This document shows positions 46,072-50,738 of a stretch of 50,738 nucleotides of DNA, piece after piece. A model generated the notes under the pieces. That model had not been told where the DNA came from and searched no databases. It saw nothing but the letters and a program-made list of their open reading frames with translations. Numbering within the stretch: position 1 is the stretch's first letter; each line of letters begins with the position of its first letter. Origin of the DNA: an uncultured Dehalococcoidales bacterium (GTDB lineage: Bacteria > Chloroflexota > Dehalococcoidia > GIF9 > AB-539-J10); contig CAYYUO010000001.1 in NCBI GenBank assembly GCA_964474965.1, forward strand, positions 1 to 50,738, in the 5' to 3' direction. The translations under genes and the position numbers were made by a program.

Positions 46072-46959
46072 TTAACTTTCAAGCCAGGCATCGGAGTACA
46101 AAGTCTCTCCCATAAGGACCTTGACCGTCTTAACATACTCAATTTCTTTTTGCGATAGGGAAGAAAGGTCTATATCTTCCCCATCCATGGTCTTGTAAAT
46201 AAGTTCGACAATTCCCGGCATCTCTCCCCTGGTCAAGCTCATAAGCTCCTTATCCAAAGGGTCAGCAATGGCAGAATAAAGCTTATTCCTTTCAAGCATG
46301 ACCATATACGTGCGATTAAGAGGCGGCCTGAGTTCATCTGGCACGCCATTGGATGTATTGGAAAGCCCTACCGTGGATTTAACCCCAGGCAAAACATCTT
46401 CAAGTATGTTGATAAATTCTAGATTTATCACAGTGAACCTCTGCCCTTCTCCAGCGGTGCTGATGGGAAGGAGTATGGGGTCAACCCAGATGTTCTCGTT
46501 AGGAATCCCCAATTCATTAGCATGGGCAACCGTGTCCATAATACTCTCTATCTTGGACTCGACATCCGGAGGCATTCCTTTGTCCGTCATCACCGAAATT
46601 ACCACATCACAGTTATATTTTTGAGCTAAAGGAAGCATTTGCTCTTTTGAGAGGCTCTTTCCTGAGGCAGAGTTAAGCAGGGGCTTCCGCTTGCAAGCTT
46701 TCAGGCCTGCCTCCATAGCCACAGGATTCAGGGTATCTATGGACAAAGGTAAATCGGTAGCTTCCTGAACTGCGTTGACCAACCATTGCATAGTCTCTTC
46801 GGTGTCTTTTTTCATGGGCCCAACATTTAAGTCAATATAACCGGTCCCAGCTTCAGTTTGGGCCTTAGCTAAATCCTGGATTACTTTGGCATTTCTATCC
46901 CTTATCGCTGTGGAAATTGCCTGAGCTATGACATGTATATTTTCGCCAATAATGACCAT
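46072..46959 (-). CDS. acsE: Methyl-tetrahydrofolate:corrinoid Fe-S protein methyltransferase (pterin-binding), 295 aa
   Basis: MVIIGENIHVIAQ...YIDLNVGP...LSIDT...GLSNTSNG are pterin-binding (MeTr) motifs. Start at ATG 46959 (SD GGAGG, 8-nt spacer), because the track start at 47028 falls inside the promoter. Confidence 0.88.
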   Translation of the reverse strand: MVIIGENIHVIAQAISTAIRDRNAKVIQDLAKAQTEAGTGYIDLNVGPMKKDTEETMQWLVNAVQEATDLPLSIDTLNPVAMEAGLKACKRKPLLNSASGKSLSKEQMLPLAQKYNCDVVISVMTDKGMPPDVESKIESIMDTVAHANELGIPNENIWVDPILLPISTAGEGQRFTVINLEFINILEDVLPGVKSTVGLSNTSNGVPDELRPPLNRTYMVMLERNKLYSAIADPLDKELMSLTRGEMPGIVELIYKTMDGEDIDLSSLSQKEIEYVKTVKVLMGETLYSDAWLES

Positions 46960-47007
46960 ATCGAGTACCTCCGATTTATCGGTTGGGTATCCGGGATAAA
47001 CCATTGC

Positions 47008-47036
47008 AATATAGCAAGGAAAAAGCAATTTGTCAA
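47008..47036 (-). promoter_or_regulatory. Candidate strong sigma70-type promoter of the acsE...operon
   Basis: Minus strand TTGACA-17 nt-TATATT, ~48 nt upstream of the acsE ATG. Confidence 0.6.
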
Positions 47037-47107
47037 AACCCTTATTTTGCTGTCAGGAAGCTAGAATGTCACCCTTTTATCTTGAAGCAAGAATTTCACC
47101 ACATGTT

Positions 47108-47129
47108 CAGGGTTAATCCAGGGTTAATC
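47108..47129. repeat. Perfect 2 x 11-bp tandem direct repeat CAGGGTTAATC upstream of the acsE promoter
   Basis: Read directly; located 72-93 bp upstream of the -35 (minus-strand sense). Confidence 0.9.
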
Positions 47130-47199
47130 TATGAAAAGCACAGGCTCAGTCTTCTGTTTAGAAATATAGGGTAATTCGCAGTATCTTCAAGTCAGCACA

Positions 47200-47228
47200 T
47201 TGCGAGGACTATATGTGTGTGATATAAT
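47200..47228 (+). promoter_or_regulatory. Candidate extended -10 promoter of the RCC1-repeat gene
   Basis: TTGCGA-17 nt (ending TGa)-TATAAT. Would give a ~160-nt 5' leader. Confidence 0.5.
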
Positions 47229-47396
47229 AATCTGTAAGCTAGAGATTTTGAAAAACTAAACTATTAAGACCGTTTAATTATCACCCTGACCTTAACTGAA
47301 ACGAAAAGGAAGGGTCTCTGATTCTTCGGTCGCCCTGGCGATCCCAGAATGCCAGGGAGATTATTAAACAGTCTCGACGGATAATAGGAGGTGGCA

Positions 47397-48422
47397 ATGA
47401 AAAATAGAAAAATCCTTTTACTAGCTTTGCTCTCTATCGCTCTGGTCTTCAGTCTGGTTCTTCCTACTTTTGTCATGGCTAAAGGACAGGTAACGCCCGT
47501 GGTCGCCGCAGGCAGCGGTCACACACTAGGGCTTAAGTCCGACGGCACCGTGGTCGCCATGGGATCGAATGGCTGGAGGCAGTGTGATGTCGGCGGCTGG
47601 ACGGACATCACCCGGATCGCCGCAGGCGCGTATCACACAGTGGGACTTAAGGCCGACGGCACCGTGGTCGCCATAGGATGGGACGTCGATGGGCAGTGCG
47701 ATGTCAGTGGCTGGACAGACATCGCCCAGGTCACTGCAGGTTATGACCACACAGTGGGACTTAAGGCCGACGACACCGTAGTCGCCGTGGGGAACAACTA
47801 CTATGGGCAGTGCGATGTCGGCGACTGGACGGATATCATCCAGGTCGCCGCTGGCGGTGGGAACAAGCTCGCTGGCAGGACAGGGCAGACGGTGGGGCTT
47901 AAGTCCGATGGCACTGTAGTCGCCATGGGATATAACGACGACGGACAGTGCAATGTCGGCGACTGGACAGACATCTCCCAGATCGCCGCAGGCGGCTTTC
48001 ACACAGTGGGGCTTAAAGACGATGGTACCGTGGTTGCTACGGGACAGAATAACTACGGGCAGTGCAATGTCAGCGGCTGGGCGAACATTATCCAAGTCGC
48101 TGCAGGTGGTAGTCACACAGTTGGGCTTAAGTCCGACGGCACCGTGGTCGCCGTAGGATACAACTACCTCGGGCAGTGCAACGTCGGCAACTGGACGAAC
48201 ATTGTCCAGGTCGCCGCAGGCGGCCTTCACACGGTGGGGCTTAAACCCGACGGCACCGTGGTCGCCACAGCCTATGAGACTGAACTTGCCAAATGGAATC
48301 TGAAGCCTGCCAAACCAATTAACTGGCCACTCCTTGGCGGGATTATAGCAGCGGTGGTAGTAGTGGGACTGGTGATTTTCTTCGTGCATAGAAGGAGAAC
48401 TACTCAGACCAAAAGAAGCTGA
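47397..48422 (+). CDS. Secreted/membrane-anchored RCC1-like 7-bladed beta-propeller repeat protein, 341 aa
   Basis: Signal peptide-like N-terminus (KILLLALLSIALVFSLVLPTFVMA). Seven ~50-aa repeats HTVGLK.DGTVVA.G.N..GQC[DN]V..W..I.Q[VI]AAG. C-terminal TM helix plus RRRTTQTKRS. SD AGGAGG before ATG 47397. Confidence 0.85.
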   Translation: MKNRKILLLALLSIALVFSLVLPTFVMAKGQVTPVVAAGSGHTLGLKSDGTVVAMGSNGWRQCDVGGWTDITRIAAGAYHTVGLKADGTVVAIGWDVDGQCDVSGWTDIAQVTAGYDHTVGLKADDTVVAVGNNYYGQCDVGDWTDIIQVAAGGGNKLAGRTGQTVGLKSDGTVVAMGYNDDGQCNVGDWTDISQIAAGGFHTVGLKDDGTVVATGQNNYGQCNVSGWANIIQVAAGGSHTVGLKSDGTVVAVGYNYLGQCNVGNWTNIVQVAAGGLHTVGLKPDGTVVATAYETELAKWNLKPAKPINWPLLGGIIAAVVVVGLVIFFVHRRRTTQTKRS

Positions 48423-48477
48423 ATTGAGCTTCCGCCCATAAGGATTGCACGTTGGCAGGAAGGATATGGGAAAATTG

Positions 48478-48495
48478 TGCCTGACCAAGCAGGCA
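48478..48495 (-). terminator. Weak candidate terminator hairpin downstream of the minus-strand gene ending at 48500
   Basis: TGCCTG-6 nt-CAGGCA; on the minus strand it is followed by CAATTTTCCC. Confidence 0.3.
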
Positions 48496-48499
48496 AATA

Positions 48500-50737
48500 C
48501 TAAGCGCCTTTATTGTCTTCCTGGCTGCAAAACCTGATGACCTCAGCGAAATTATTGATTTTCGTTAGGTTGGTGCTTTCCACAAAGCCGTCATAGGTGA
48601 GGTTGATCCAGGGCTTGCGATACAAGGCACTGAACTTATCTGACATCGCAGCCACAATTCCACCGGGCATACAGCCATGGGGCATTACCGATATCACACC
48701 AGCAAACTTAGGATTCTCCATCCATTCGACTCCACTACCTATACTGAGAACTGCCTCACTTCCGCATTTTGGGGAAAGCCACTGGCTTGTCCATCTCAGC
48801 ACCTCTTCCGTTGAGGGCTCCCTCACGTCAACCAGATCCTGGAAATGTTTGACTACCTTGTGGTCGTCATGCTCCCAGACACGCTTTATCACGTAGCTAA
48901 TCAATGCCTTCAGGAATTTGCGGTCCCTGACAGCATCCTCAACATGCCGGTAGAAGATATATTTCACCCATTCCCCTATGGAAGAAACGACGACCTCCAG
49001 CCCAGCCTTTTCACACTCCCTGACCAGGTCCTGGTTGCTAAATCTGTTGGAGCGCAGAAAGATTTCGCCATTAATGCCCACCAGAGGCCTGCGGGGCAGT
49101 TCAGGGTCAATGAGAGACCTGAAATCAGAATTTACCTGGCTCAGGATATCATCAAAACTTTCCTTCTTACGGACGCGACCGACAATTCTGCCCAGATATT
49201 CGTCAAACAGCTCGTCTGTCGAGCCTGGTCTCTTTTCATAAGGGCGAGTACGCCAGAGCGACCTCTGGAGATAGTCAATGGCAACGGAGCCCTTCCAGGC
49301 GAGGCGGGCAAAACGAGGGCTGATCTCAGTATCCCGATAAGCATTATTCGACACAGTGGTCCGTATGGGAATGTCAATGCCCACATCTCTAAATATCTTG
49401 ATTTGTTCCAGGGCATATTTCCCAAAGCGGCAGGGACCGTACGCCCCGGCCATAATTGCCTCGACGTTTTTCAAGTCGGTGCCATCTTCATAACAGAACC
49501 TCAGAAAGTCACCCAGGGTTACCCGATAAGGCAAACATTCCACGCCCGACGTTACCTTATCGGCATAGAATAGATTGCGTTCATTAGCCTCAGGAAGCAC
49601 AACTGCTCTGAAGCCGCTGCCCTCTAGAAGCGCACCTACAAGCTCAATGTGCGGCGCCATCCTGGGAATAATAAAGGTCTTCGTGGTATCAATGACGGGC
49701 GGAAATGCTCTCCGATAGATATCTTCTTTATGTGGCGCTTCCTGCTTCCCGGCAGAATGGGCAAATCCCTCAATGGTGTCGACGAAGGCTTCGAGGCGGG
49801 TAACGATACCAGCCTCAGCGGCATGCTCGTCTATTTCCAACTGTCCCAGAGGCTTGCCCCCCATGATATCTTCTACAATGTGGATTATGAAGGAGTTCGG
49901 GCCACACCCGAAGTTTGACAGCCACAGCCCATAAAGCTGGGGGTCTGAGGCAGTTATATCAGCGCCGGCTATATATTTGTTCTCATAGAACCAGTAAGGA
50001 CGGTCGGAGTAATCCTTGGCATTCACCGACTTTAGAGGCAGGAAGTCCAGCGGTATAGGCACCACCCCAAGCTGAGCGAGCTTCTCCGCTATGCCCAGAT
50101 TTGCCCCGGCATCCTGCGACATATAAGACCTGGCGAAGAGGACTACACCCAACTGGCCGCTTTGGCGCAGTTGCTTTAATAGCTCCCTGCCCAGAGCTGC
50201 CTGGTCAGCCTCGAACCTCTGCTGAGATTCAATGCCAGCCAGGGCCGCCTTCTTGCCTTTCTTTCTACTGAACCCCATCTTCACGGCGACATCCGCGAGG
50301 TTCTTTATCACATCGGCATCGCCTTGACTGAAGTCAAGTATGGGTATCAGTATCCGCTCTCCCAGGTTGACCGTCTGGCGAATTATGAACGGGGAGGCCT
50401 GGACTAAGGGACAGGAGTATTTCTGGTTCTCATCCCCATCTTTTCTACCCAGGCGAATGGCACAGGGGTAGAGGATGTAATCCGTATCCTTGAGCATCGC
50501 CGCGTGTCCATGGAGGAGCTTCATAGGAAAACAACTGTCGGTGTAGCCTAACTCGATGGCCTGGTCCATGATTGCGTTGTTGGTCTGGCTGGTAAGGACA
50601 ACCCTGGCATCGAGGGCGTTGAGGAACCCGATAAGTAGCGGAGCATAGTCGTACACCAGAAGTCCTCTGGGAATGCCCACCACAGGCCCTGTGCCGGCAT
50701 CCTTCTTATACTCCCTAAAGAGCAACTGTTCCCGCTT
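48500..50737 (-). CDS. CoA-substrate-specific enzyme activase-related / 2-hydroxyacyl-CoA dehydratase-like protein (DUF2229-type region); 5'-partial, continues beyond window
   Basis: Frame is open to the window edge (KREQ-LLFREYKKDAG...), and the track M at 50725 is a TTG. Motifs GIPRGLLVYDYAP, CFPMKL, GCGPNSF and GPCRFGKY resemble the C-terminal domains of large BcrAD/BadFG-fused activase-like proteins (from memory). Confidence 0.55.
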   Translation of the reverse strand, partial: KREQLLFREYKKDAGTGPVVGIPRGLLVYDYAPLLIGFLNALDARVVLTSQTNNAIMDQAIELGYTDSCFPMKLLHGHAAMLKDTDYILYPCAIRLGRKDGDENQKYSCPLVQASPFIIRQTVNLGERILIPILDFSQGDADVIKNLADVAVKMGFSRKKGKKAALAGIESQQRFEADQAALGRELLKQLRQSGQLGVVLFARSYMSQDAGANLGIAEKLAQLGVVPIPLDFLPLKSVNAKDYSDRPYWFYENKYIAGADITASDPQLYGLWLSNFGCGPNSFIIHIVEDIMGGKPLGQLEIDEHAAEAGIVTRLEAFVDTIEGFAHSAGKQEAPHKEDIYRRAFPPVIDTTKTFIIPRMAPHIELVGALLEGSGFRAVVLPEANERNLFYADKVTSGVECLPYRVTLGDFLRFCYEDGTDLKNVEAIMAGAYGPCRFGKYALEQIKIFRDVGIDIPIRTTVSNNAYRDTEISPRFARLAWKGSVAIDYLQRSLWRTRPYEKRPGSTDELFDEYLGRIVGRVRKKESFDDILSQVNSDFRSLIDPELPRRPLVGINGEIFLRSNRFSNQDLVRECEKAGLEVVVSSIGEWVKYIFYRHVEDAVRDRKFLKALISYVIKRVWEHDDHKVVKHFQDLVDVREPSTEEVLRWTSQWLSPKCGSEAVLSIGSGVEWMENPKFAGVISVMPHGCMPGGIVAAMSDKFSALYRKPWINLTYDGFVESTNLTKINNFAEVIRFCSQEDNKGA

Positions 50738-50738
50738 A

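Noticed and set aside
47526-48488. 320-aa ORF on the minus strand opposite the RCC1-repeat gene
   Set aside because: It is a shadow ORF. The repetitive, GC-rich-codon structure of the sense gene keeps the antisense frame open. It has no RBS, and its translation is low-complexity and mirrors the repeat period.
48845-49573. 242-aa plus-strand ORF inside the activase-related gene. Similar long antisense ORFs occur at 43704-44228, 35598-36107, 27615-28118, 2046-2492 and 12320-12679.
   Set aside because: All lie fully within well-supported genes on the other strand. They have no recognisable motifs or SD sequences and look like typical antisense shadows.

Overview
Bacterial chromosomal segment: bacterial GroES/GroEL with a CIRCE operator, TsaD and a NarL-type two-component system. 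Lineage cannot be fixed without a database search; gene content suggests a strictly anaerobic, possibly Chloroflexota/Dehalococcoidia-like organism (low-confidence inference). No rRNA, tRNA or CRISPR array was recognised. Anaerobic C1 and energy metabolism dominates the window. (i) A ~10 kb plus-strand heterodisulfide-reductase-like operon (5338-15435): two stand-alone RAM (Lrp/AsnC ligand-binding) domain proteins, two fused HdrCB/HdrD-like CCG proteins, MvhD, and three HdrA paralogues, one carrying an inserted GltD/NfnB-type NAD(P)H module. (ii) A NarL/PAS-kinase pair and AMP-forming acetyl-CoA synthetase. (iii) A ~22 kb minus-strand Wood-Ljungdahl super-cluster (47036 down to 24877). It runs acsE-acsD-cdhA-cdhB-cdhC-acsC, a NuoE/NuoF (HydC/HydB-like) pair, cooC, a signal-peptide-less [NiFe]-hydrogenase with its protease, two metV paralogues, metF and DUF3786. 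A second NuoE/NuoF-like pair with a Cys-type formate dehydrogenase follows behind its own candidate promoter. Flanking genes are a decayed island (leaderless XRE gene, DUF72 stub, DUF2851, integrase fragment), CBS protein plus cation/proton antiporter, mobA, a surface-anchored 7-bladed RCC1-like propeller, and a partial CoA-enzyme-activase-related gene. Best candidates for something undescribed are the cytoplasmic uptake-type [NiFe]-hydrogenase wired to a HydBC-like flavoprotein inside a chimeric archaeal/bacterial CODH/ACS operon, and the RAM-domain-led Hdr mega-operon. That operon's 5' region is duplicated 12.8 kb away in front of acs: 197 bp identical plus ~133 bp diverged, leaving a 24-codon gene stub overlapping the acs start. 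Several recent in-frame tandem duplications are also present. All calls come from reading the sequence and ORF translations by eye; no searches were run.
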